From a virus (taxonomy: Duplodnaviria > Caudoviricetes), in IMG/VR virus record IMGVR_UViG_3300017978_000269, positions 1-33,458 of that record: a stretch of DNA of 33,458 nucleotides; one strand, given 5' to 3'. The position numbers and the translations under genes were made by a program. The notes under the pieces are model-generated. The model made no database searches and was not told the DNA's origin. It was given only the letters and a program-made list of their open reading frames with translations. The first letter of the stretch is position 1; the number at the start of each line of letters is the position of its first letter. Positions 24,421-33,458 of this stretch are shown one piece after another.

Positions 24421-25086
24421 TTAGATTCGGGCCAAGTCGCCCAGAGTGGAGTCAATCAAGGATTTAACTTGATCGGCAGACAATGGCGGCTGTCCCTTGG
24501 AATGAGTGCCTTGCAGCGGCTCACCCTTCAACAGTGCCGTGATGCTGGACATTTCTGCCAGCAATTCGTTTCGGGCCTTTTCGCTGAGACTGTTGTTCTC
24601 GGCAAATTCCCGCATTTCTTTGAGCGTTTTCACGCCCGTGATGATGGCTTGGTCGTTTGCTGGCCAAGTCACCAGTGAGTATTCAAACAGTTTGCCTTCG
24701 TAGATGTGGCGCACACCAGCAGCGTCCACTTGGGACTTGCCACCGGGAATAGAAAAGCCCACGCTCAGGCGGTCAATCACGCCGTCACGCATCAACTCGA
24801 TGGCTTCATCGCCTTTGGCGGTCTTGCTGATTTTGGACTTGACCCACAGGCCTTTGCTGTCCTCACGCATTTCAACAGGCAAACCAATAGGAGTGTCAGC
24901 CTTATGCTGCCAGAGGACTTTGATACGGTTGGCGGGAAAGCCCTCTTTGATGGACTTGGCAAAGGCGTTTTGTTCAATGACGTCTCCATCGCTGTCCACG
25001 TTGCCGTAGGCGGCGGCATAACCTTCAAAGGTGCGCTCGTCTGGGTTGACCAGCGTGTCGTCAAATTTGATGCTCTTAAATTCCAT
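24421..25086 (-). CDS. HK97-family prohead protease
   Basis: FEGYAA..GNVDSDGD, LWQH, LSVGF, LFEYSLVTWPAN. Confidence 0.93.
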   Translation of the reverse strand: MEFKSIKFDDTLVNPDERTFEGYAAAYGNVDSDGDVIEQNAFAKSIKEGFPANRIKVLWQHKADTPIGLPVEMREDSKGLWVKSKISKTAKGDEAIELMRDGVIDRLSVGFSIPGGKSQVDAAGVRHIYEGKLFEYSLVTWPANDQAIITGVKTLKEMREFAENNSLSEKARNELLAEMSSITALLKGEPLQGTHSKGQPPLSADQVKSLIDSTLGDLARI

Positions 25087-25136
25087 ACTTCACCCCCCGT
25101 TGCTTGGATTATTACCCAAGTTGACAAAAAAAGAAA

Positions 25137-25907
25137 TCAATCAAAAACAAACACCACCGCACAGCGGCAGTTGATGATGTTGCCAGCGCTGCCCGATGGA
25201 TCGCCGGGGTACATCAGTTGTTCACCCTCGACCTCAAAAGGCTCATTCATGCCCACCACTTGCCCGTTGGCATCGGCGTGGTCGGGCCGTGTGCGGTCAT
25301 CCTCCACGCTTACCCACTCGCGGCGCATATCCAGCCCCGTCAGTTGCGCGGCCTCTTGTGCGCCAAAGTTGGCGGCGGCGTGCGTTTCGGTTCGGGCGAT
25401 GATGCTGGCGCGGGTGCGTGCAATGCTTGGCGCGTAGTCCCGAATTTCCCGCGCAATTTTGTCCGTGCCAAAACCCTGCTCAATGCCGTTGCGGACAATC
25501 GTGCGAATTTGAGATTCGGTGGTGGTGTTGATGCGGGTGATTTTGGAGGCCAGCCATTCGCCAATGAACAGCTCGATGGATCGCTTGAGCAATGCCTTGG
25601 GCGTTTCCTCGTCTTTGGTTTCCAGCAGCAAGCCACGGCTTTTTGCTTCGCCCAACACCCGCTCACCAAAGAACAGCGCCGTTGCCCGGTAGTCTGCGGC
25701 CAGCGCGTCTGAAATGTTTTTCGAGTGTTCGCGCACGGCCAGCGGGATAGCCAACTCGCCGCGCTTTTCGTACTCATCGGCCACTTGACGCAGGGTTTTG
25801 GCAATCTGGCTGCGAAGGCGGCGCTCATACCTTGCGGCCATACGGGTCTGCAAGGCATCGGCCAAGGCTCGCTCGGCTTGCTTGTTGCGCGGGTTGATTG
25901 CCCCCAC
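25137..25907 (-). CDS. Mu gpF / SPP1 gp7-like head morphogenesis protein
   Basis: IARTETH, D.RTRPDH, LMYPGDP, INCRC. Confidence 0.9.
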   Translation of the reverse strand: MGAINPRNKQAERALADALQTRMAARYERRLRSQIAKTLRQVADEYEKRGELAIPLAVREHSKNISDALAADYRATALFFGERVLGEAKSRGLLLETKDEETPKALLKRSIELFIGEWLASKITRINTTTESQIRTIVRNGIEQGFGTDKIAREIRDYAPSIARTRASIIARTETHAAANFGAQEAAQLTGLDMRREWVSVEDDRTRPDHADANGQVVGMNEPFEVEGEQLMYPGDPSGSAGNIINCRCAVVFVFD

Positions 25908-25910
25908 GGG

Positions 25911-27194
25911 TCAGTCCTTGCCGTAGGCCAGCAGCTTGGCAATGTCGTTCGGCAGTTCGCCTTTGGCCTCGCCGGACATATCAAGGTTGGTGGGCAGCAG
26001 TGAGCTTTGCAGGTAACCAACGTCACCGCCCTCAATACCGCCAACACCAAGGCCAAGCATCTCGTCAATCTTGTTGAATGGCACACCCATAGCGAACAGC
26101 TTTGCGGCCTCGTCCAGCTTTTTGCTGTAATCCTCGCGCAAGGCTTCCACGTCCGAAATGTCGTATTCCAACACCCACTCAGGGCCGAATTGCGCGGCCA
26201 GTTGTGCGTTGAGTTGGCTGCGAATCATCCGCAGGACGGGAATCATCGTGTCAATCCAGAAAATTTTGCGAGCGGTCTCGATGTTGGCGAGCGTGGCGTT
26301 TTCCATAATGCCCACCATGACAGGGGGCACACCCATTGCCGAGCAGATTTCTTCCCAAACCTTGGCGCGGCTCGCCACGAAGTCCAGCTCGGTTGCGCTT
26401 TGGTTTAGGGTCTTAATGTCGCGGGTCGTAAAGAACGGCGCACGCGCATTGGCCGCGCCGCTTTGTTTTTCTTTGTGCAGTTCGCGCAAACGAGCCATTT
26501 GCTCTGGCGTGGTTTCCGGGTCAATGATGATCGCGTAGTCCGAGATGCCACGGTTCTGCATGGAACCCAACTGCCATGTGGACGATTCGCGGTCAACGTC
26601 AATGGCGCGACCAGCCGCTTGGATGGTGGGCATACCAAACAGAAAGTCGTTCGGGTTGGCCGTCTTAACGTGAACCATGTCCTCGGGCTGAATGTCCCGA
26701 GTGATGCCGCCGTATTGGTAACGATACAGGTCAATCAGGCGGGTTTTGCCAGCTTGAATTTTTACGCCTTGGGGCAGCACGGGCCACAATTCCACGGGTT
26801 GATTGGCGTTACCTGCACGGATGATTGACCAATAGTTGTTGCCAGCGAGGTCGATGTACTGGCTCATGAGTTCCATCATCTCGGCAAACGCAAAATCGGG
26901 GTTTGGCTTGTCAATCAAACGCTGCAAAGGCGAATCAGGCGCAGGGGCCAACGTGCCGTCCGATAGTTTGCGGTATGCCTTCCAAGGCACTTGGGCAATG
27001 GACTGTGCGCGGCGGTTGACGCAAGCGTAAAAGATGGCCGATGCTTTCAGGCCTTCCTCAATCGCAACTTCCGTGTTCCACTTTTGGAACGTGGGTGCGG
27101 TCTTGGAAAAGGTCATCATCAGTTCGGGCAACGAAACTGATTTCAGCTCAAACTGCACCGCAGTCGGCTTGCGTTTGAAGAAATTAAATTGCAT
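25911..27194 (-). CDS. Portal protein (HK97-like)
   Basis: PNP, LAGNNY, ELWPVLP, ICSAMGVPP; size and position. Confidence 0.92.
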   Translation of the reverse strand: MQFNFFKRKPTAVQFELKSVSLPELMMTFSKTAPTFQKWNTEVAIEEGLKASAIFYACVNRRAQSIAQVPWKAYRKLSDGTLAPAPDSPLQRLIDKPNPDFAFAEMMELMSQYIDLAGNNYWSIIRAGNANQPVELWPVLPQGVKIQAGKTRLIDLYRYQYGGITRDIQPEDMVHVKTANPNDFLFGMPTIQAAGRAIDVDRESSTWQLGSMQNRGISDYAIIIDPETTPEQMARLRELHKEKQSGAANARAPFFTTRDIKTLNQSATELDFVASRAKVWEEICSAMGVPPVMVGIMENATLANIETARKIFWIDTMIPVLRMIRSQLNAQLAAQFGPEWVLEYDISDVEALREDYSKKLDEAAKLFAMGVPFNKIDEMLGLGVGGIEGGDVGYLQSSLLPTNLDMSGEAKGELPNDIAKLLAYGKD

Positions 27195-27205
27195 CGTTCA
27201 ATCCT

Positions 27206-27841
27206 TTAGCGGCGAACAAAAATAGAGCCGTTGTTGCCAGCGCTCAACACAATGGCAATGGGCAGGTCAAGCGGGTGTGTGCCTTTGGTCAAGCCGCCAG
27301 CGATTGTGGGGTGCGGGTAAAGCACATCACCATCTGCCCACGTCTCGGTCACGCCAGCGCCCGTGGTGTTAATGCCACGCACCACACCGAACGTGGTCAA
27401 AAACCCGTCAGCGTTGTTGGCGATGGATTCGTCAGTGATGCCGACAATGTAGATGGCCGAAACAGAACCGCTGCCATTGCTTTTGCCGATGTTGATGCGT
27501 CCGCTGTTGCCCGTTGTGCCCGTGGCGCTTACCAGCGTGCCCTTGGCGATGGTTGCGCCCGAAGTGTTACGCACCTTCATGTGGAGTTGTTGGCCCACCT
27601 TGAGCGTCACATCAGAATCAAGGCCCACGTCCACAGTGCCGTCCGTGGCGTTCCAGTTCATTTCACCTTTGGCGGGTGTGCTTTCGTTTGTAATGTCAAA
27701 AACAAACTTCTCCACGGGGACGGGCAGCAGTTGGGCGGCTGTTGCTCGGACTGTTTCGCCACCTTGGACGATGGGCACAAACTCTGCGCCCGTGAGTGCA
27801 GTCGCCAAAGGCAACTCGGAAATTTTTACTGTGTCAGCCAT
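27206..27841 (-). CDS. Putative virion appendage/fibre protein
   Basis: MADTVKISELPLAT... N-terminus and Gly/Thr-rich beta domain; inserted between TerL and portal. Confidence 0.6.
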   Translation of the reverse strand: MADTVKISELPLATALTGAEFVPIVQGGETVRATAAQLLPVPVEKFVFDITNESTPAKGEMNWNATDGTVDVGLDSDVTLKVGQQLHMKVRNTSGATIAKGTLVSATGTTGNSGRINIGKSNGSGSVSAIYIVGITDESIANNADGFLTTFGVVRGINTTGAGVTETWADGDVLYPHPTIAGGLTKGTHPLDLPIAIVLSAGNNGSIFVRR

Positions 27842-27875
27842 AAAGCCCCCATGAGTTGCCCGATTTTATCCACAA

Positions 27876-29261
27876 TCACAGAAATTCCATAATCAGGTCT
27901 TGTTTTGCCGTGGTTAAAAGCATATCCGAGATGGCATCGAACATTGGGTCCAATTGGTCATCGTGTGCGCCATTGGGGAAAACCGAAGCCTCGGCCAAGA
28001 AATCCGACAGCCAAGGCGCGTTTTGGGGAAGCAGCACGTTGCCCGACTGAATCATGGGGGCCACGTCCATTGCGCGGGTCACTTTGTCGGTGTTGCGCTG
28101 GATGGGAAGCACGGGGATACCCTCGCGCTTGAGCGTTTGAATCAGGCCCGTGCCCGAAACCTTGTCCTCGATTTTCATGGCTCGCAGCACACCCACGTCC
28201 AGCGCCTTGTGCTTTGCGTAGAACGCCCGTGCCTGAACCAACAACTCGGGGGCTTCCCACTTGCCACGGGACTGGTCGAGCAGAATGGCTTGGCCGTCCT
28301 TGGTCATGCCCCAACATTGGAAAACAGAATAATCGTTGTGTTCTTTTGTTTTTTGCGCTGTGTCGGCGTAGATGATGCGGTGCGTCACCTTGGGCGGGTG
28401 GGTGTAATACCGCCACCATTCATCCTTGAGCAAGCCCCCACCAATGGGCGCGGGGTTCTGCATATATTGCCCTGCGAACCGATACGCGTCCGTCTTTTCC
28501 ATGCGGTGCAGGTCGTCCAGCGGAAATTGCTCCTGCCAAAACGACTGGCCGTTTGGCTTGATGGCCGGGATGTTGACGTGTTCCCAAGTCTCACCATTGC
28601 CGCCTTCCAGCAAAAAGCCCGAAAGGTCGCCTTCGTGCAGACGCTGCATGATGACAATGATGGGCGTGTCCGGGTTGTTTTTGCGGCTTTCAATCGTGGT
28701 GCTGAACCAGTCAATTACGTTTTGGCGCATGGTGTCGCTGTTGCCTTCGCCAGCTTTGTGGGGGTCGTCCAGCACAATGGCCCCGCCAAACGTGGACCGC
28801 ATCTTGCCAGCGCCGTAACCAGTAATCGTGCCTTCGTTACCTGTGGCGTAAACAATCCCACCCTGTTCGGTGCGGAACTCATCCTTGGCGTTGCTGTCTT
28901 GCCGCAGTTGCGGTGCGCCAAATATCTCGGCAAAGGTTTCGTGCTGCATTACCGCACGGGCGTTGAAGGTGTTATTGGTTGCCAAGCGCTTGCTGTATGA
29001 AGCGTGGATGAACTCGGAATCAGGCCAGTTTCCCATACACCATGCAATGAAGTTCACCACGGCCAACTCGGTTTTGCCCGAGCGTGGCGGCACGTTAATG
29101 ATGAGCCGCTTAACCCGTCCAAGCACCACGCGTTCCAAGGCGTTGCAAATCACCTCTTGGTGATAATTGTCCTTCATCGGCGTGCCCTTACGGGCAAAGA
29201 ACATTGTCCGGGTGAAACTCAGCAGGTCTGCGCGGCAATCGGCAATCTGTTGGGGTGTCAT
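27876..29261 (-). CDS. terL: Terminase large subunit
   Basis: Walker A PPRSGKT, Walker B IVLDDP, IMQRLH, YMQNP, nuclease DTA and FPNGAHDDQLD. Confidence 0.95.
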   Translation of the reverse strand: MTPQQIADCRADLLSFTRTMFFARKGTPMKDNYHQEVICNALERVVLGRVKRLIINVPPRSGKTELAVVNFIAWCMGNWPDSEFIHASYSKRLATNNTFNARAVMQHETFAEIFGAPQLRQDSNAKDEFRTEQGGIVYATGNEGTITGYGAGKMRSTFGGAIVLDDPHKAGEGNSDTMRQNVIDWFSTTIESRKNNPDTPIIVIMQRLHEGDLSGFLLEGGNGETWEHVNIPAIKPNGQSFWQEQFPLDDLHRMEKTDAYRFAGQYMQNPAPIGGGLLKDEWWRYYTHPPKVTHRIIYADTAQKTKEHNDYSVFQCWGMTKDGQAILLDQSRGKWEAPELLVQARAFYAKHKALDVGVLRAMKIEDKVSGTGLIQTLKREGIPVLPIQRNTDKVTRAMDVAPMIQSGNVLLPQNAPWLSDFLAEASVFPNGAHDDQLDPMFDAISDMLLTTAKQDLIMEFL

Positions 29262-29686
29262 TCGGCGTGTTTACGGGCAAGCGCGGCCAGCACCGCATCA
29301 TTGACCGCTGCGGGGGACATAGTGCCATCGGGCGAGGTGTGTTCCACCTTTTGTGTTTCGGCCCACTTCATTTGTGTTTTGCTCCACCAAATCATGGCCG
29401 TGGTGTCGCCGCCCACCGCCTTTTGGAACAGCGTTTGTCCAATCTTGGCATTGGCTTTGGCCTTCCCCGCTTGCAACTCGGTGTGAAAGTGCTTCCGCAG
29501 GGTGTCGGTGTCGATGCCGTCACGAATCAGCACAGCAATTTGCTCGATGGGCACACCATACCCGGACATTGCTTCCACCCGTGCGCGTTCATCGTTTGTT
29601 GGCTTGAATGCCTGACGGCCAGCACCCTCACGAGCGCCGCCGTGGGTATTTGTGTTTTTTAGGGTCGATTTTTCAAGTTTCGGCAT
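29258..29686 (-). CDS. terS: Terminase small subunit
   Basis: HTH-like region, TLRKHF..EL..GK, GDTTAMIWWSK; directly upstream of TerL. Confidence 0.75.
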   Translation of the reverse strand: MPKLEKSTLKNTNTHGGAREGAGRQAFKPTNDERARVEAMSGYGVPIEQIAVLIRDGIDTDTLRKHFHTELQAGKAKANAKIGQTLFQKAVGGDTTAMIWWSKTQMKWAETQKVEHTSPDGTMSPAAVNDAVLAALARKHAE

Positions 29687-29897
29687 TTGATACCTCTGCC
29701 ATTGTTTTGCCAGTTAAGAGCATTTCTGCTATTGCGGCACTCATAATTGCCACCCGCTCAATTCTGAATTTTGCCGGGTCACTCATCCCAAGCATACGTT
29801 TTTGGGCTTTGTCTTTATGGACGTAGGTGCAGCCATCAACCGGGGAGCCGTCATGGTCATGAACCAAAGTCCATCTCTTGCACGGCTGAACTCTCAT
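29673..29897 (-). CDS. Hypothetical protein
   Basis: 74-aa ORF with overlapping start and stop. Confidence 0.6.
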   Translation of the reverse strand: MRVQPCKRWTLVHDHDGSPVDGCTYVHKDKAQKRMLGMSDPAKFRIERVAIMSAAIAEMLLTGKTMAEVSNAET

Positions 29898-31123
29898 TTT
29901 GCGTCCTCTGAATCAAAAAGCTCTCCAGTTGCCTCGAGGGTGGCTTTTTTGCCAGTGAAGTCTTGCCATCGCTTGACGATCACATCGCAATACTTAGGAT
30001 CAAGCTCCATCAGCCGCGCCACTCGGCCATTTTTTTCAGCCGCGATCAAAGTTGTGCCTGAACCGCCAAAAGAGTCCAAGACAGCGTCACCGCCTTTTGT
30101 ATTGTTCAGGAGCTGGTATTCAAACAAAGCCACTGGCTTCATTGTCGGGTGTTCGCCATTGCGGGTTGGTTTGTCAAACTCAAGAATAGTGGTTTGTTTT
30201 CGATCCGCTGCCCAAAGATGACTGGCCCCGTCTTTCCATCCATAAAGGCAAGGCTCATGCTGCCAGTGGTAATCCTGTCGGCCCATAACCAAACTAGACT
30301 TTTTCCAAATCAAGCATTGTCGAACCCTCCACCCCGAATCCTGCGCTGCCCCTCGGAAGTTGTATCCCTCTGAATCAGCATGCCAAATGTAAAACACAGC
30401 GCCGGGCTTCATTACCGAATCGGCAGCAGTGTAAGCATCGCGCAAGAATTGGCGAAACTGATCATCTGCCATTGAATCGTTTTGAATCGTCAGCTTTTCT
30501 TTTGTGCCACCCTCATAAGCAACGTTGTAAGGCGGGTCTGTCAGCCACATATCGACCAGCTGGTCTTGGCACAGCTTGGCAAGGTCATCCATGCTTGTGC
30601 TATCACCACACAGCAAACGATGCTTTCCCATGACCCAAATGTCACCCGGCTTTGTGATGGGGTTTTCTGGAGGCGGGGGAGCCTCATCAGGGTCTGTCAG
30701 GCCTTCGTTTAGCTCAACAGGGGTCATTGCATCAAGCTCTTCATCCGAAAAGCCAGTCAGAGTCACATCAAAGCCAAACTCTTTCAGATCTGCAAACTCG
30801 AGCTTGAGCATCTCATCATCCCAACCCGAGTTAAGCGCCAACTTGTTGTCCGCAATAACGTAAGCGCGTTTTTGGATTTCGCTCAAATACCCAAGGCGCA
30901 AACAAGGCACTTCGGTCATGCCGAGCTTACGCGCAGCCAACAATCGGCCATGCCCCGCAATGATGCCGTCCGCTTCGTCAATTAGCACGGGATTGGTAAA
31001 TCCAAACTCCTTGATGCTGGCCGCGATTTGGGCCACTTGCGCGTCCGAGTGCGTTCGGCTGTTGCGAGCGTAGGGAATCAGGTTCTCTACGGGGACAAAT
31101 TCGAGGTTTTCTGGTTGGTTCAT
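29894..31123 (-). CDS. ParB-like nuclease domain fused to an N6/N4 DNA methyltransferase (beta class)
   Basis: PYARNSRTH...GFTNPVL...AGHGRL...IADNKL, then TDPPY, HPTMKP and DSFGGSGTT. Confidence 0.93.
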   Translation of the reverse strand: MNQPENLEFVPVENLIPYARNSRTHSDAQVAQIAASIKEFGFTNPVLIDEADGIIAGHGRLLAARKLGMTEVPCLRLGYLSEIQKRAYVIADNKLALNSGWDDEMLKLEFADLKEFGFDVTLTGFSDEELDAMTPVELNEGLTDPDEAPPPPENPITKPGDIWVMGKHRLLCGDSTSMDDLAKLCQDQLVDMWLTDPPYNVAYEGGTKEKLTIQNDSMADDQFRQFLRDAYTAADSVMKPGAVFYIWHADSEGYNFRGAAQDSGWRVRQCLIWKKSSLVMGRQDYHWQHEPCLYGWKDGASHLWAADRKQTTILEFDKPTRNGEHPTMKPVALFEYQLLNNTKGGDAVLDSFGGSGTTLIAAEKNGRVARLMELDPKYCDVIVKRWQDFTGKKATLEATGELFDSEDAK

Positions 31124-31158
31124 GGTTGAATCTTACTCGTTTTACATTTTACGTTCAA
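31124..31158 (-). promoter_or_regulatory. Putative sigma70 promoter, leaderless methylase mRNA
   Basis: TTGAAC-17 nt-TAAGAT-6 nt-ATG(31123); no Shine-Dalgarno. Confidence 0.6.
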
Positions 31159-31711
31159 ATTTTTTGGCTTCTGCGCGGTAATGCCGGGCGATTTCGCGCA
31201 AGCCATCGTGCGTATATTTGCGGATGGTCTGGTCGGCCTCGATCAATTCCACCGCCCGTTGCCCGATGCGCTCCAGCAGCCCAAGGCGGTAGGCCACATG
31301 ATTGCCTGACAGGTGACGATTGCAATGCTTACATTGCCCGTGGGCGTTGTCCTCAACGAATCGCATATGCGGGGCAGAACCCACCGAGCGGTAGTGCCCA
31401 CAATCGAACGCGCCGCCGATTTGTGCGCTTGGCAGTGGTGTTCCACATGAAATGCAGGGTTTACCCGAATCTCGAGCGCGGACAAACGCATTGAAGGCGG
31501 TTTGAGCTTCGCGCACCAGTTGCGGCTTGCCTTTCATTGCTTCCAGCTTGGCCTTGGTTTGTTTTCGGTCTTGCGCGGCGGCTTTTGCCTGTTCTTTGAC
31601 CACCTGTTGTTTTGCCAACTTAATGGCGCACACGGGTGAACACACTTTTTGCAATGGCCGTTGTTTGACGTATGCCTCGCCACAGGCTTTGCATTTGTGC
31701 TGCTTGGTCAT
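31142..31711 (-). CDS. ninG: NinG/Rap recombination endonuclease
   Basis: CKAC...CSPVCA, AQTAFNAFVRARD, CISCG, DCGHYRSVGSAPHMRF, HGQCKHCN. Confidence 0.92.
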   Translation of the reverse strand: MTKQHKCKACGEAYVKQRPLQKVCSPVCAIKLAKQQVVKEQAKAAAQDRKQTKAKLEAMKGKPQLVREAQTAFNAFVRARDSGKPCISCGTPLPSAQIGGAFDCGHYRSVGSAPHMRFVEDNAHGQCKHCNRHLSGNHVAYRLGLLERIGQRAVELIEADQTIRKYTHDGLREIARHYRAEAKKFERKM

Positions 31712-32040
31712 TGTGCGGCCCTGTCTTGCAAGCGGTTGCTGGCTTCTTGACTGCGCCATATTTCCACCCGCGCTTGTGCGGCAATCAGCGTCCAGCGCAG
31801 TTGTTCTTCCACCTCCACGGCTTGCTTCAAGCCCAGCAGAAGCTCTCTGTATTCGGCATGAGCGTATGCGTCACGCTCTTGGGCGGCGCTGGTGGTTTCG
31901 GGGCTGTCTTTCATCAGCAGGGCTTTTTTGCTCTTGCGAAATTCCTCAAGGTAAATTCTGTCTGACTTGGCCTTGGCAAACAGTTTGGCGTTCTTCAAGA
32001 TAAAGTCCACCGCTTGATTGGGGTTTATTTGTTCGGTCAT
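31708..32040 (-). CDS. Conserved helical hypothetical phage protein
   Basis: YLEEFRKSKKALLM...AQERDAYAH.EY...VEIWRSQEA. Confidence 0.8.
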   Translation of the reverse strand: MTEQINPNQAVDFILKNAKLFAKAKSDRIYLEEFRKSKKALLMKDSPETTSAAQERDAYAHAEYRELLLGLKQAVEVEEQLRWTLIAAQARVEIWRSQEASNRLQDRAAQ

Positions 32041-32264
32041 TTGTTCATCCAGTCATCAAGCAAATCCATCTGGTCTGCGGGTGTGAGTTTGTTTTTTGGC
32101 TTTTTTGGGGCGCTTGCTTTCAGCAAATCTTGGCGCACCAAAGGCTGTTCTGGGTCTGCCATGTCAATGACGTAGCTGTGGCCCCGAAACGTGATGCCGC
32201 CGTAAAAACGCGCAATGCTCAGTTGGGTGTCCAGCCAGCCATAAATTTTGTCCGGTGCGTTCAT
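32037..32264 (-). CDS. Hypothetical protein
   Basis: MNAPDKIYGWLDTQLSIARFYGG... with AAGGA RBS. Confidence 0.7.
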   Translation of the reverse strand: MNAPDKIYGWLDTQLSIARFYGGITFRGHSYVIDMADPEQPLVRQDLLKASAPKKPKNKLTPADQMDLLDDWMNK

Positions 32265-32304
32265 GTCATATCCTTTGATTGCCAATGCCGAACTTCGGCC
32301 CAAC

Positions 32305-32526
32305 TCAGCGGGGTTTCGTCAATGCCGGGTCTGCGGATGCCTTCGTATTTGCCGGGCCAATCATTCGGGCCTTCAAAGCCTTGTCCATGCCAGTAAATAG
32401 CCCCGTGGTGTCTCGGCCCAACTTCTGCGCTTCGTGCCATGCATAGGCCTTCCATGCGGGTTGTTTGCTCAACATAACCAGCCTGTCCAGTGTGTCGTTG
32501 AAAAGTTTGGTTGGGTTCCACATCAA
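32305..32526 (-). CDS. Hypothetical protein
   Basis: 73-aa ORF overlapping the upstream stop; GAGGGG RBS. Confidence 0.6.
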   Translation of the reverse strand: MMWNPTKLFNDTLDRLVMLSKQPAWKAYAWHEAQKLGRDTTGLFTGMDKALKARMIGPANTKASADPALTKPR

Positions 32527-32981
32527 GCCCCCTCAAATCGCAACGCTTCACGGGCAAACCGCAGCGAGGTCGGGTTGATGCGTTCGCCAGCGGTGTATCG
32601 AGCAAGGATGCGCTTGGCCCATGCCTTATGGTCAACCTTGGACGGCGTGGCGGTAATGTTGGCCTTCATGTCACCCAATTTGGCAAGCTCGCGCTTCAAG
32701 CGTTCCGGGTCGGCCTTGGGTTCTGGCAATGCAGGGGCTTCGGGCGCGGGGGCTTGGCGGCATAGTTGTTTGAACTCGATGACGTTCGGGCAACGTGGCG
32801 GCAGGTTTTCCAACGCCCATGCGATGCGGTGCAGACTTCCAGCGTATGCCGACAACTCATGCGCCCAAAGTGTTTTCACGTCACCCAACGGGGCGCTGCC
32901 CAATGATTTTTCCCACTGCGCCCCGTAGGTTGCACCAAGGCGGGTAAACAGGCGGTCAATGGCTTGTGTTGATAGGCTCAT
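32523..32981 (-). CDS. Replication accessory protein (lambda P-like position)
   Basis: Immediately after the initiator; LFTRLGATYG..W...W..EL...PPRCPNVIEFKQLCR. Function inferred from position. Confidence 0.6.
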   Translation of the reverse strand: MSLSTQAIDRLFTRLGATYGAQWEKSLGSAPLGDVKTLWAHELSAYAGSLHRIAWALENLPPRCPNVIEFKQLCRQAPAPEAPALPEPKADPERLKRELAKLGDMKANITATPSKVDHKAWAKRILARYTAGERINPTSLRFAREALRFEGA

Positions 32982-33458
32982 TTTCCAATCTCCAAAATGT
33001 CGGTGGCTTGCACGTCAATGAACTGTTGCGGCTGTTTGCCTTCGTGTGCCAGTCGGTCAGGGTGTTCGCGTCCAGTCATTTCCTCCCAACGCTTCCAGCC
33101 CAATTCGCGCTCTTGTTGGGCAAAACTCACGGGCGCGGCTTTGGTTTTTGTCACCAAATCAGCAACCCATTCTGCTTTGAACCCTTGCCAGCCACGGGCA
33201 CAACACGTCGCCAAAGCCATGTTTAACGACATGGGCACTTTGTCGGCTTCGCGTTGTATCGCGTCCAAGGCGGTTTGCGTCAGCGGTGACCGCTTGGCTT
33301 TCCTCATTGCCAAAAAATCATTCCAGACGTTTTCCAAAACACCATCGGGCCGTGCAACGGCCTGTCTTTTATTTACTGGTGTTGGTGTTGGTGTTGGTGT
33401 TGGTGTTGGTGTTGGTGTTGGTGTTGGTGTTGGTGTTGGTGTTGGTGTTGGTGTTGGT
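32978..33458 (-). CDS. Replication initiator, C-terminal part
   Basis: PTPTP-VNKRQAVARPDGVLENVWNDFLAMRKAKRSPLT...CCARGWQGFKAEW; in frame with the terminal repeat. Confidence 0.85.
   Translation of the reverse strand, partial: PTPTPTPTPTPTPTPTPTPTPTPTPTPVNKRQAVARPDGVLENVWNDFLAMRKAKRSPLTQTALDAIQREADKVPMSLNMALATCCARGWQGFKAEWVADLVTKTKAAPVSFAQQERELGWKRWEEMTGREHPDRLAHEGKQPQQFIDVQATDILEIGK
33377..33458. repeat. Right copy of the 82-bp (TGGTGT)n direct terminal repeat
   Basis: Identical to 1-82. Confidence 0.97.

Noticed and set aside
23278-24678. 466-aa plus-strand ORF
   Set aside because: Antisense shadow of the capsid and protease genes with no recognisable motifs.
25087-25140. Possible internal promoter before the prohead protease
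   Set aside because: AT-rich with TTGATT and TAATAAT on the minus strand, but the spacing is not convincing enough to call.
27954-29000. 348-aa plus-strand ORF
   Set aside because: Antisense shadow of terL.
29894-31123. ParB domain as evidence of a plasmid-prophage partition system
   Set aside because: It is the ParB-like N-terminal domain routinely fused to phage methylases; no ParA or parS array is seen.

Overview
The window is very probably a complete ~33.4 kb tailed-phage genome (HK97-fold capsid, long non-contractile tail). It was opened inside an 82-bp (TGGTGT)n microsatellite that is present identically at both ends and encodes a Pro-Thr linker in the middle of a DUF1376/YdaU-type replication initiator. 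The + strand (956-8455) carries early genes: ERF, YqaJ exonuclease, SSB, an HTH/nuclease-like ORF, an Arc-like regulator, a Rap1a-like protein, a MazG-like NTP pyrophosphatase and many small ORFs. The - strand carries a Cro-like gene, replication, NinG, a ParB-methylase, terminase, head, tail, two fibre modules, a run of membrane/secreted proteins, a GH19 endolysin and one tRNA-like gene. I see no integrase or CI repressor. The most unusual signals are RNA-level: a two-hairpin kissing-loop leader in front of the replication gene, a tRNA with an 8-nt anticodon loop (UUGG core, complementary to the CCAA found throughout the Pro-Thr repeat), and a candidate 3'-UTR sRNA with anti-RBS sequence. All protein family calls are from motif recognition by eye; no database searches were run. 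A freshwater betaproteobacterial host is only a guess from gene style.
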